DNA of 28,387 nt. Source: Kofleriaceae bacterium. Its GTDB lineage: Bacteria; Myxococcota_A; Polyangia; Haliangiales; Haliangiaceae. The translations under genes and the position numbers were made by a program. Where the stretch lies: positions 1 to 28,387 of the forward strand of contig JBKJLC010000169.1 in assembly GCA_046597055.1 (NCBI GenBank), read 5' to 3'. Each line of letters opens with the position of its first letter. Position 1 is the first letter of the stretch. The notes below the pieces were generated by a model. The model worked only from the letters and a program-made list of their open reading frames with translations, was not told the DNA's origin and searched no databases. Shown here one piece after another: positions 9,142 to 20,004 of this stretch.

Positions 9142-9312
9142 CGCGGGTGTCCGCGCCGCGACCGAGCGCGGGTCACGACTGTGGGGCCCGGCCACACCGG
9201 GCGTTGACCGACCGCCTCCATCAACGGGATCTTACCAGGTGGCGGTCCTGCCTCGCTCGGGTCGCGTGTGCGGTTGTTTTCGGCGGCGGTCCCCGCCAAA
9301 CTCACCGCTCCC

Positions 9313-10298
<986 letters not shown>

Positions 10299-10302
<4 letters not shown>

Positions 10303-10790
10303 CGACGCTCCCTGCCCCGCTGGTCGGTATCATCATGGGCTCCAAGAGCGACTGGGCGACCATGCGCCTCGCGAGCGAGACGTTGACCGAGCTCGGGGTC
10401 CCCCACGAGTGCAAGGTCGTGTCCGCTCACCGGACACCCGACCTGCTGATGGAATACGCCGGGACCGCCGAGGCGCGCGGCCTCGACGTGATCATCGCCG
10501 GCGCCGGCGGCGCCGCCCACCTGCCGGGCATGACCGCGAGCAAGACCGCGCTGCCGGTGCTCGGCGTGCCGGTGCAGTCCAAGGCGCTGTCGGGCCTGGA
10601 CTCGCTGCTGTCGATCGTGCAGATGCCGCGCGGCATCCCGGTCGGCACCCTGGCGATCGGCGAGGCCGGCGCGGTCAACGCGGCGCTCCTGGCCGCGGCG
10701 ATCGTCGCCCGCAAGGATCCGGAGCTGCGGGCCCGCCTCCACGCCTACCGGGCGGCGCAGACCCAGAAAGTCCTCGAGGACAGCCTGTGA
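10299..10790 (+). CDS. purE: N5-CAIR mutase PurE
   Basis: [52 protein letters not shown] overlap with the sua5 stop. Confidence 0.98.
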
Positions 10791-11929
10791 AACCGTTCGG
10801 ACCGATCCTGCCCGGCGCCACCCTCGGCGTGCTCGGCGGCGGCCAGCTCGGCCGGATGATGGCGCTGGCGGCCCGGCGCATGGGCTACCGGATCTGCGTG
10901 CTCGATCGCGACCCCCGCTGTCCGACCGGCCAGATCGCCGACGAGGTCGTGGTCGGCAGCCTCGACGACGTCGACGCCGCGCGCCGGGTCGCGGCGCGGT
11001 CGTCCGTGGTGACGCTCGATACCGAGCACGTACCGGCCGAGGTGCTGGCCCAGGTCGCCGAGGTCACGCCGGTGCTGCCGCGACCCGACGTGCTGGCGAC
11101 CATCCAGGATCGCGCGGTCCAGAAGCGCTTCCTCGACGGGCTCGGCGAACCGCAAGCGCGGTGGGCGCCGGTCGGCTCGGCGGCCGAGCTGGCGGCCGCG
11201 GTGGCCGCGGTGGGGCTGCCGGCGATCCTCAAGGCGCGCCGCGCCGGCTACGACGGCAAGGGTCAGGTCCGGATCGAGCTCGGCGGCGATCCGGGCGCGG
11301 CGTGGCAGAAGATCGGGGAGGTGCCGGCAGTGCTCGAGGCGCTGGTGCCGTTCGCGCGCGAGATCTCGGTCGTGCTCGCCCGGGGCGTCAGCGGCGAGAT
11401 CCGCGAGTACCCGCTCGCCGAGAACGTCCACCGGCGCCACGTCCTGCACACCACCCGCGCACCCGCGCCGATGCCGGCCGACCGCCACGACCATGCCTGC
11501 GAGCTGGCCCGGCGGATCGCGATCGCCCTCGACCACGTCGGCGTGATGGCGGTCGAGATGTTCGAGCTGCCGGGCGGCGAGCTGCTGGTGAACGAGATCG
11601 CGCCGCGCACGCACAACAGCGGTCATTACACCTACGGCGCGTGCGCCACCTCGCAGTTCGAGCAGCACGTACGAGCGGTATGCGGCCTGCCGCTCGGCGA
11701 CGCCCGCGCGTTCACCGGCGCGGTCATGGTCAACCTGATCGGCGATCTGTGGGCGCACGGCGAGCCGCCGTGGCAGCACGTGCTGGCGCGGCCCGAGGCG
11801 CGGCTGCACCTGTACGGCAAGCTGACCCCGGCGCCGGGGCGCAAGATGGGCCATGTCCTGCTGCTCGGCGACGACACCGAGCGCGGCCTGCGCACCGCCG
11901 AAGAGCTGCTCGCCCAGCTCACGACGTAG
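10787..11929 (+). CDS. purK: N5-CAIR synthase PurK (ATP-grasp)
   Basis: [59 protein letters not shown] overlap with the purE stop. Confidence 0.97.
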   Translation: MKPFGPILPGATLGVLGGGQLGRMMALAARRMGYRICVLDRDPRCPTGQIADEVVVGSLDDVDAARRVAARSSVVTLDTEHVPAEVLAQVAEVTPVLPRPDVLATIQDRAVQKRFLDGLGEPQARWAPVGSAAELAAAVAAVGLPAILKARRAGYDGKGQVRIELGGDPGAAWQKIGEVPAVLEALVPFAREISVVLARGVSGEIREYPLAENVHRRHVLHTTRAPAPMPADRHDHACELARRIAIALDHVGVMAVEMFELPGGELLVNEIAPRTHNSGHYTYGACATSQFEQHVRAVCGLPLGDARAFTGAVMVNLIGDLWAHGEPPWQHVLARPEARLHLYGKLTPAPGRKMGHVLLLGDDTERGLRTAEELLAQLTT

Positions 11930-11977
11930 GCCACCGAGGTCGCGATCGCGCGTTCCGATCGGGGGCTGCGCGGTGGG

Positions 11978-14407
11978 TCAAGCATCCGGATCGCGCTGCG
12001 CTGCCGCAGCGATGATCACGAACCGGTTCGCGATCCCACGCAGGTCCTGACTGGCGAAAGGTTTCTCGAGACGCTCGTTCGGGACTTCGGCCAGGAAGGC
12101 CCGGATATCCTCGCGCACGACGTCGCCGGTCATGAAGACGAAGCGCGCCGCGGCTTCCGGCGCACGGGCCGCGACCGCACGATAGAGCTCGATCCCGGTC
12201 AGGTGCGGCATCAAGATGTCCGTGAAGATCACGTCGAACGAGCCGACGTTCTCGGTGAGCACGCGCAGCGCCTCGCGCGGGTCCCCGAACGCCACGACGT
12301 CGTGATCGGCGCCGAGCTGGCGCGTCATCCCGCGGAGGAGTGTGGGCTCGTCGTCCACGAGGAGGATGCGGCCACGACGGACCGCCGGTCTCGGCGACTC
12401 TTCGGTACCCGGCACCGCGTTGCTCGGCATGACCCGCGCCGGAAGCACGATCCGGAACGTCGCGCCACCGCCTGGGGTTGGCTCCAGCACGAGGTCCCCC
12501 CCCAGGCTGGTGACGATGCTGTGCGAGATCGCGAGCCCGAGCCCGGTCCCTTGACCGGGTGCCTTCGTGGTGAAGAACGGATCGAAGATCTGCGCGGCGA
12601 TCGATGGATCCACACCGGGACCGTTGTCGATGACCTCGACCACGGCGTCCCCGTCCGGGGACGTCCGCGTGCGCACGCGGATCTCGTTCCTGGGATCGAC
12701 GGTCGCGAAGGCCTGAGATGCATTGACCAGCAAGTTGACGATGACCTGCGAGAGCTGCGCCTCTTCCGACATGACAGTTGGCACCGGCCCGTAGTCCTTC
12801 GTGACGGTCGCCCGATGCCGAAGCTCGTGGACCGCGATGTTCAGCGACATCTCGATGGCATCATGAACGTCCACCGCTCCGACGACCGAGCCCTGACGCG
12901 CGAACGCGCTGAGACCACGAACGATCCGGCGAATGCGCTCCGCGCCGCCGCGGGCTTCTTCGAGCAGATCGACGAGGTCGCGCATTTTCGTCGACGGTGA
13001 GGCGCCGCCGAACGCGAGCAGCTCCTCGATCGCGAACTGGAGGTTACCCATCACGAACGTCAACGGGTTGTTGATCTCGTGGCCCACGCCCGCGGCCAGC
13101 GTACCCGTGGTGACCAGCCGCTCCTGGCGTAGGATCCGTTCGCGTAACGCTTCGCGATCCGTGACGTCCTGGAACACGCCGAACAACACGCGCGTGGTGC
13201 CGGTCGTCGCATCGAGCTCGCAGACCCCGCGCGAGTGCACGCGGCGCACCTCGCCGCTCGGCCGCATGATGCGCGACTCGAAGTCGTACGATTGCCCGCT
13301 TTCGATGGCACGCCCGACGAGGTCGGCGACCCGCGCGCGATCGTCTGGATGATACACGTCCAGCGCCAGTTCGAGCGTCGGCGTGAACGACGCAGGGTCG
13401 CGCGCATGGATCTGGTAGACGCGGGGCGACCACGACACCTCGCCCGTCGCCACGTCGAGCTGGAAGTGGCCGATGTCCGCGACGTCGGCGGCCAACGTGA
13501 GCAACTCGTTGCGACGCTCGGACTCCCTCAATGCTGCGAGTAGCTCGCTGACATCCGTGAGCGTCACGATGACTCCTCGCACGACGCCGTCGCGGAGGTC
13601 GGGCCGATATTCGCCCATCACGGCGCGGCGGCGACCATCGGGCTCGACCCGAGCTCGCTCGAAGCGCTGCGTCTGGCCGCGTAGGGCGGCTTGCAGGAGC
13701 GGACCTTCCTGGCGAAACAGCTCCTCCCCGATCACCTCGCGGATGGTCAGGCCCTCGATCGATTCGGCCCGGTCGAACCACTTCAAGTAGGCCGCGTTCG
13801 CGAAGCGATTCGTGAGGTCGGCGGTCCAGTACGCGAACATGGCCGGCGTGATCGCGAGGACCTGCGAGAGATCAGCACGCGCGGCCGCCACGTCGCGCGA
13901 CGCCGCCTCGAGCGCCAAGCTCAGCCGGTGCGCGACGAGGATCTTGGTGACCGCGCTGGCGAGATCGGCCAACACGCTCGTTTGCTTGGCGCTGAGTTCG
14001 CGTGGCACACGATCGATCACGCAGAGCGTGCCGAGCGCGTGCCCTTCGGGATCGATCAGGGGCGTTCCGGCGTAGAACCGGATGTGCGGCTCGCCCGTGA
14101 CCAGTGGATTCTGCGCGAACCGTGCGTCAAGGGTCGCGTCGGCAACCACCACCAGCTCGCGCGCAGCGACGGCATACGAGCAAAACGCGACGGCCCGAGG
14201 CGTGCCGGTGACCCCCGCCATGCCGACGTTCGCGATGAAACATTGCCGGGCATCGTCGACCAGGCTGACCAAGGCGATCGGAACCTCGCAACAAGCCGCC
14301 GCGACTCTGACGAGCGCATCGAGCGCCCCGTCCGACAAGGAAGAGACCTCGCCATATGACCGAAGCGCCGCGAGACGACGGGCTTCGTCGGGTTGCGAGG
14401 AACTCAC
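11978..14407 (-). CDS. Soluble hybrid sensor histidine kinase GAF-PAS-PAS-HisKA-HATPase-REC
   Basis: GAF motifs NPLVTGEPHIRFYAGTPL and GTLCVID. Two PAS domains (FANAAYLKWF; YHPDDR). H-box HEINNPL, N-box NLLVNA, DNGPG, FDPFFTTK, GTGLGL. REC motifs LVDDE, TDILMP, MTG, KPF. No TM segments seen. Confidence 0.95.
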   Translation of the reverse strand: MSSSQPDEARRLAALRSYGEVSSLSDGALDALVRVAAACCEVPIALVSLVDDARQCFIANVGMAGVTGTPRAVAFCSYAVAARELVVVADATLDARFAQNPLVTGEPHIRFYAGTPLIDPEGHALGTLCVIDRVPRELSAKQTSVLADLASAVTKILVAHRLSLALEAASRDVAAARADLSQVLAITPAMFAYWTADLTNRFANAAYLKWFDRAESIEGLTIREVIGEELFRQEGPLLQAALRGQTQRFERARVEPDGRRRAVMGEYRPDLRDGVVRGVIVTLTDVSELLAALRESERRNELLTLAADVADIGHFQLDVATGEVSWSPRVYQIHARDPASFTPTLELALDVYHPDDRARVADLVGRAIESGQSYDFESRIMRPSGEVRRVHSRGVCELDATTGTTRVLFGVFQDVTDREALRERILRQERLVTTGTLAAGVGHEINNPLTFVMGNLQFAIEELLAFGGASPSTKMRDLVDLLEEARGGAERIRRIVRGLSAFARQGSVVGAVDVHDAIEMSLNIAVHELRHRATVTKDYGPVPTVMSEEAQLSQVIVNLLVNASQAFATVDPRNEIRVRTRTSPDGDAVVEVIDNGPGVDPSIAAQIFDPFFTTKAPGQGTGLGLAISHSIVTSLGGDLVLEPTPGGGATFRIVLPARVMPSNAVPGTEESPRPAVRRGRILLVDDEPTLLRGMTRQLGADHDVVAFGDPREALRVLTENVGSFDVIFTDILMPHLTGIELYRAVAARAPEAAARFVFMTGDVVREDIRAFLAEVPNERLEKPFASQDLRGIANRFVIIAAAAQRDPDA

Positions 14408-14704
14408 GACGTCCGCTTCCTACCACCGGCGCCAGGCATGACGCATGCTACCCGGTACGGCGCGGCCTTGAAGCGCTAGCGCCAGATCTGCTGGCGGTCG
14501 CGGACGTCGCGGACGACCGCAGCATCGCGAGCACTGCGAAGCAACCATCAATCCGAACGCTGCGCAGGGCGGGCGAGGCTTCTGATGAAGCTTCCACGGT
14601 GCGGTCATGCGAGCCGGGGACCGTCGGGGATCCGGAACGAACCGGCACGGCCGTGATTCGGGCACGTGCGCACGCCCCCGGCCGGGCGCGAGCGCGCAGC
14701 GTCG

Positions 14705-14713
14705 TGGTAGCGT
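14705..14713 (+). promoter_or_regulatory. Extended -10 element TGG-TAGCGT
   Basis: TGn-TAnnnT 11 nt upstream of ATG 14725. Confidence 0.4.
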
Positions 14714-14724
14714 CGGGCCTCGGG

Positions 14725-17448
14725 ATGCCGACCCTGCTCTATTGTGATGTCGACGGCGTCGACCGCACGTTCGACCTCGGCCCAGCCCCGGTGTTGATCG
14801 GGCGGGCCACCGACTGTCAGATCCGCAGCGACGACCCGCGGATGTCGCGCCAGCACGCGCGCATCTTCTTCGACGGTCACAGCTGCTGGATCGAAGATCT
14901 CGGCAGCGCCAACGGCGTGTTCGTGGGCGCCGAGCGGGTCAGCCGCGCGCCGGTCCCGCCGGGCGAGGTCGCGCTGGTCGGCAGCATCCTGGTCCAGGTG
15001 CTCGGTCCGCAGGGTCCGATGCCGGCGACCGGGGGCGTGCACGCGCAGCTCTCGCACTGGCTGGCGATGGAACGCAAGTCGCGCGCCGGCATCGAGGACG
15101 AGCGGGGTGCGCTGGCCCAGCGGGTCGGTGAGCTGATCGAAGAGGTCGACAGCCAGCGCCGCGCGGCCTCGAACGAGATCACGGCAGTCCTGCTTCAGCG
15201 CGACGAGGCGATGGACCGGGCCGCGCGGCTCGAGCACGCGCTCGCGCAGATCCAGGACGACCTGCACCAGGTCAAGGCGACCCGCCCGGCCGGCGACGAG
15301 CTGCTGCTGCGCGAGCGGATGTCGGCGCTGACCGGCGAGCTCGCCCACGCCCAGGCCCGGCTGACGCTGATCCAGCAGCACGCGACCGAGGCCGAGGCGC
15401 GGCTGGCCGAGGCCAGCGCCGAACGCGATGGGCTGCGCGAGGAGCTGGTCGCGACCACCGGCGAGCGCGAGGCGGTCCGCGCGCAGGTCGACGTGGTCCG
15501 CGGCGAGCGCGACCTGATGATCGACGGCGCTGCGCTCGAGCTGCAGCGCGCGCTGGCCGAGCAGGAGGCCCGCCACCGCGACGAGGTCGGCGCGCTTCGG
15601 CGCGAGCTCGCGATGGTGACCGAGGACCTGCTGATCGCCGAGACCCAGGCCGGGGTGATGGCGGCCGAGCGGATGGCGCATTCCGATCGCAAGATGGCCG
15701 GGCTCGAGCGCGAGCTCGAGCAGCTGCGCCGTCACAGCGTCGACGCCACCGCCGACGCGGGCAAGGTCGTCGAGCTCACCGCCCGCCTGGGCGCGGCCGA
15801 GCAGCAGGTCGCCGCGCAGGCGGAGGAGACCCGCTTGCAGCTCGAGGCGCTCGAGCACCAGGTGCGGGAGGCCGACCAGCGCACGGTCGCGGCCGACGAG
15901 CGCGCCAACGCCGCGCTCCAGCGCGCGTTTGACGCGGAGGGGCGGATCGCCGATCTGGAGAACCGGCTCGAGGCGGTCGCCGCCCAGGGCGGGCGTCAGT
16001 TCATTCTCGAGGACGAGCTGGCCACCGCCCAGGAGCGGCTGGTCGGATCCGAGACCCGCGCCAACGATCTGGTCCGTCGGCTCCACGAGTCCGAGGCCGC
16101 CGCGGCGGCGCTGCGGACCCACGCGAACCAGGCCGAGCTCGCGATCGAGCGCGCCGCCGAGGTGTCGCGTCAGCTGGAGGAGGCGCTGGCGAAGCTCGCG
16201 TCCGCCGAACAAGACCTGGTGGCGCTGCGCGCGCGCGAGGCCAAGGGCGCGACCGATGCCGCGGTGGGCGAGCGCGCCGCCGCGGCCGCGCAGAAGGCGA
16301 GCGAGCTCGAGCGCAAGCTGAGCGACGCCGAGACCCGCGCCGCCGCGGCCCAGACGCGTGCCGCCGAGGCCGAGCGCGCCGCCGCCGAGGCCAAGGGCCG
16401 GATGTCGGGCGTGACCGCGGAGATCGCCGCCGCCGACCAGCGCGCAGACGAGGCCGAGCGCGCGCGCGGTGCGCTCGAGGCACAGCTCGCCGAGCTGACC
16501 CGGAGCCGCGACGCCGCCCAGGCCCAGGTCAAGGCGCTCGAGCAGGCGCGGACCGAGGCCGAGGCGCTTGTGGCGGTGCAAGCAGCCGGCGCGGCGCAAG
16601 CAGGGGCCAGCCAGACCGCCGAGCGCGAGCGGATCGCCGCGCTGGAGCAGCGCGTCACCGAGGCCGACCAGGCCCGCGCGGCCGTCGAGCAGATGGCGAC
16701 CAACGTGGCCCGCAGCGCCGACGAGGCGCTGGCGAACGACCGCGCCCGCATGGCCGAGGCGCAGGTGGCCGCCGACCGTGCGGCCCAGCGCGCCGTCGAG
16801 GCCGAGGCCCGCGCCGCCGAGCTCACCGCGGCGGTCGCCGACGCCGACCGCCGCGCGACCGCGGCCGAGCACCGGGTCGGCGATCTCGCCGACGAGCTCG
16901 CCGGGCTGCGCCGCGAGCTGGCCACGGTGTCGGCCGGGGCCGCCGCAGCCGGCGAGGCCGGCGCCGAGCTCGATGGGCTGCGCGATCGGGTGTCGTCGCT
17001 CGAGCGCGATCTCGCCCGCGCCGACGGCGAGGCGGCGGCGGCGACCGACACCGCCCGCCGGGCCGACGATCTGGAGACCGAGCTCGAGCGACTGCGCGGC
17101 CGGCTCGACGGTCAGAGCGCTGACGCGCGCGAAGCCCAGGCCGCGGTCGAGGCCGAGCGCCAGCGCCGCGCGAGCGCCGAGGCCCAGGTCGCCGCGCTCG
17201 AGGCTCGCCTGCGCGCGCAACCCGCGTCGGCGCCGTCGAACCGCCCGGCGAGGACCGAGCACCTCGGGGTGCTCGAGGACACACTCGCGTCGCTGCGCGC
17301 CAGCATGCGGGCCGCATCCGACGAGACCGCCGTGATGGACCAGACCGACTCGGTCCAGGTCGTCGCCCAGGCCTTGTCGCAGGCCGCCGAGGACATCGAG
17401 CGCGCCCGCGACGCGGTCCGCGCGCTCGGAGACGTCGCCCAGGCGTGA
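14725..17448 (+). CDS. FHA domain + very long coiled-coil protein (~907 aa)
   Basis: The start is re-assigned to ATG 14725 (MPTLLY). FHA motifs IGR, SRQH, DLGSANG. About 780 aa of A/E/R/L-rich heptad sequence follow. Confidence 0.9.
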   Translation: MPTLLYCDVDGVDRTFDLGPAPVLIGRATDCQIRSDDPRMSRQHARIFFDGHSCWIEDLGSANGVFVGAERVSRAPVPPGEVALVGSILVQVLGPQGPMPATGGVHAQLSHWLAMERKSRAGIEDERGALAQRVGELIEEVDSQRRAASNEITAVLLQRDEAMDRAARLEHALAQIQDDLHQVKATRPAGDELLLRERMSALTGELAHAQARLTLIQQHATEAEARLAEASAERDGLREELVATTGEREAVRAQVDVVRGERDLMIDGAALELQRALAEQEARHRDEVGALRRELAMVTEDLLIAETQAGVMAAERMAHSDRKMAGLERELEQLRRHSVDATADAGKVVELTARLGAAEQQVAAQAEETRLQLEALEHQVREADQRTVAADERANAALQRAFDAEGRIADLENRLEAVAAQGGRQFILEDELATAQERLVGSETRANDLVRRLHESEAAAAALRTHANQAELAIERAAEVSRQLEEALAKLASAEQDLVALRAREAKGATDAAVGERAAAAAQKASELERKLSDAETRAAAAQTRAAEAERAAAEAKGRMSGVTAEIAAADQRADEAERARGALEAQLAELTRSRDAAQAQVKALEQARTEAEALVAVQAAGAAQAGASQTAERERIAALEQRVTEADQARAAVEQMATNVARSADEALANDRARMAEAQVAADRAAQRAVEAEARAAELTAAVADADRRATAAEHRVGDLADELAGLRRELATVSAGAAAAGEAGAELDGLRDRVSSLERDLARADGEAAAATDTARRADDLETELERLRGRLDGQSADAREAQAAVEAERQRRASAEAQVAALEARLRAQPASAPSNRPARTEHLGVLEDTLASLRASMRAASDETAVMDQTDSVQVVAQALSQAAEDIERARDAVRALGDVAQA

Positions 17449-17518
17449 CCGTGGTGACCGCCGCCCATCGACCTCACCCGCTCCCCGCACCCACGGCCGG
17501 CACGGACGCGGTGGCGCG

Positions 17519-18511
<993 letters not shown>

Positions 18512-18528
18512 TCAGGGCGTAGCTGGGC

Positions 18529-19953
18529 TCAGCGGGTGGTGAGGGGGCCCTGCGAGACCGCGCCGGCCAGCACCGCCATCGACGTGCTGACCTGGCCGCT
18601 GCGCGAGTTGATCCGGATCCGGCCCAGGCCGCCGCCGCCTCCCCCGGTGCCATCGACGTTGCCGCCCCCGGCACCCGCGGCGCTCGCGGCGAACGCCCCG
18701 GGGCCACCGTTGCCGGCGCCGCCGGGATCGCCGAGGCCCCCGGCCGCCGGCCCGATCCCGTTGCCCCAGGTGCCATCGCGCTCGTTCAGCGCACCCGCCG
18801 GCGACGCCACCCGGCCGCCGCCGCCGCCGCCGCCGCTCGCGATCAGCGACGCCCCGCCCAGGGACACCATGGGCGCTTCGAGCAGGACCGCGCCGCCCGC
18901 CCCGCCGCCGCCGCCGCCCCGGTTGGTGACCGTGGTGCCCTTGGCCCCGGCACCGCCGGCGTAGATCTCGGCGTTGTCGCCGAGCTGGATGCTGACCAGG
19001 GACGTGAGCTGGAGCCCGCCGCCGCCGCCGCCGCCATAGCTGCCGCCGTTGGGCGCACCGGCGCCACCGCCCGAGCCCCCGCGCAGTGGCTCGAGCGTGG
19101 CCGGCGCGCAGGTCGTGATCGCCGTCGGCATCGCCGCCGGCTTGGTCGCGGTGCCGCCGCCGGGACCGCCCGCGGTCGCCATGCCACCGCCGGCCCCACC
19201 GTTCTCGTCGCCGCCGTTGCTGCCGCCACCACCACCCGCGCAGCCGGTGCCGGCGGAACCGCTGGAGCCGCCGCTGCCGGCCCCGGGCCCGCCGCAGCGG
19301 CGGCTGGTGCCGAACATGGTGCCGCTCGCCGTGCAGATCCCGGGCATGAAGTCGATGGTGCCGTCGATCTCCACCGTGCTGGCCGCCAGGATGATCAGCG
19401 CGCGACTGCCGTGGCCGACCAGGGTGGCGTCGGCCGGCAGCGCCAGTGACGCGACGCCGAGCACCGCGGTGCCGTCATCGACCCGCCGGAACGAGATGCC
19501 GGCGTCGACGCCGATGGTGCCGGGGCGCAGCACGACCCGAACGTCGGCGTTCCCGCTGTTGTCGATGTAGTAGAGCTCGCCGGTGTCGGTGTCGACGTAG
19601 TGGCGCTCGGCCGCCACGAACGCGACCGTGCCGGTGACCCCGACCAGATCCGCGAGCCCGGCCAGGTTCGACGGATCGAGGCTGGCGCAGTGCGGCGCGC
19701 TGGTGGGTAGGCAGCCCAGCTCGCACGGCGTCACGACCGCCTGATCGCCGTCGCAGGTGACCAGGGCACCCGCGGCGTTGCAGCCGGCGACGCAGGCCTC
19801 GGCCGCGTCGGGCAGGCCCGGGGCCGCGTCAGGATCGAGGGCGTCGGAGTCCACGCCGCCATCACCGTCATCGGCCAGTTGCCCGGGGGTGAAGGCGCAG
19901 GCGACCAGCGTGAGCGCACTCATGACTCCGAGCGCGGCGCCGTACATGCCCAT
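18529..19953 (-). CDS. Glycine-rich putative lipoprotein / surface protein
   Basis: Lipobox-like LVA-C, a Cys-rich module (CVAGC...C...PCELGC...C), and many poly-Gly tracts alternating with beta-strands. The start is ATG 19953 or 19947. Confidence 0.8.
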   Translation of the reverse strand: MGMYGAALGVMSALTLVACAFTPGQLADDGDGGVDSDALDPDAAPGLPDAAEACVAGCNAAGALVTCDGDQAVVTPCELGCLPTSAPHCASLDPSNLAGLADLVGVTGTVAFVAAERHYVDTDTGELYYIDNSGNADVRVVLRPGTIGVDAGISFRRVDDGTAVLGVASLALPADATLVGHGSRALIILAASTVEIDGTIDFMPGICTASGTMFGTSRRCGGPGAGSGGSSGSAGTGCAGGGGGSNGGDENGGAGGGMATAGGPGGGTATKPAAMPTAITTCAPATLEPLRGGSGGGAGAPNGGSYGGGGGGGLQLTSLVSIQLGDNAEIYAGGAGAKGTTVTNRGGGGGGAGGAVLLEAPMVSLGGASLIASGGGGGGGRVASPAGALNERDGTWGNGIGPAAGGLGDPGGAGNGGPGAFAASAAGAGGGNVDGTGGGGGGLGRIRINSRSGQVSTSMAVLAGAVSQGPLTTR

Positions 19954-20004
19954 CCGGTGATTCAAGCAAGCTTCGTAGCCCGGGTCCATGGCAACCTGCC
20001 GGCA

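Noticed and set aside
9171..9220. Canonical ZMP/ZTP riboswitch
   Set aside because: It lacks the conserved GACUGGCG, GGGAG and CGCCUGGGC elements. Kept only as a low-confidence structured leader.
14408..14724. Small ORFs, tRNA or IS remnant in the long intergenic region
   Set aside because: I saw no convincing coding pattern, cloverleaf, terminal inverted repeats or transposase fragment.
15000..17300. SMC or chromosome segregation protein
   Set aside because: There are no Walker motifs or hinge. The similarity would be generic coiled coil.
14605..17490. 961-aa antisense ORF and other long overlapping ORFs (e.g. 822-2624, 20254-22392, 24639-26528, 4081-5424)
   Set aside because: These are shadow frames of real genes in high-GC DNA, with R/G/A/P-biased or mirror composition and no motifs.
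18620..19300. GCC/CCG microsatellite-like repeats or a PE-PGRS gene
   Set aside because: These are poly-Gly codons within a CDS, with no PE domain.
19989..20004. Sigma54-like TGGCAACCTGCCGGCA upstream of aor
   Set aside because: The -12 element abuts the GTG start, so the TSS would fall inside the CDS, and the -12 match is poor.
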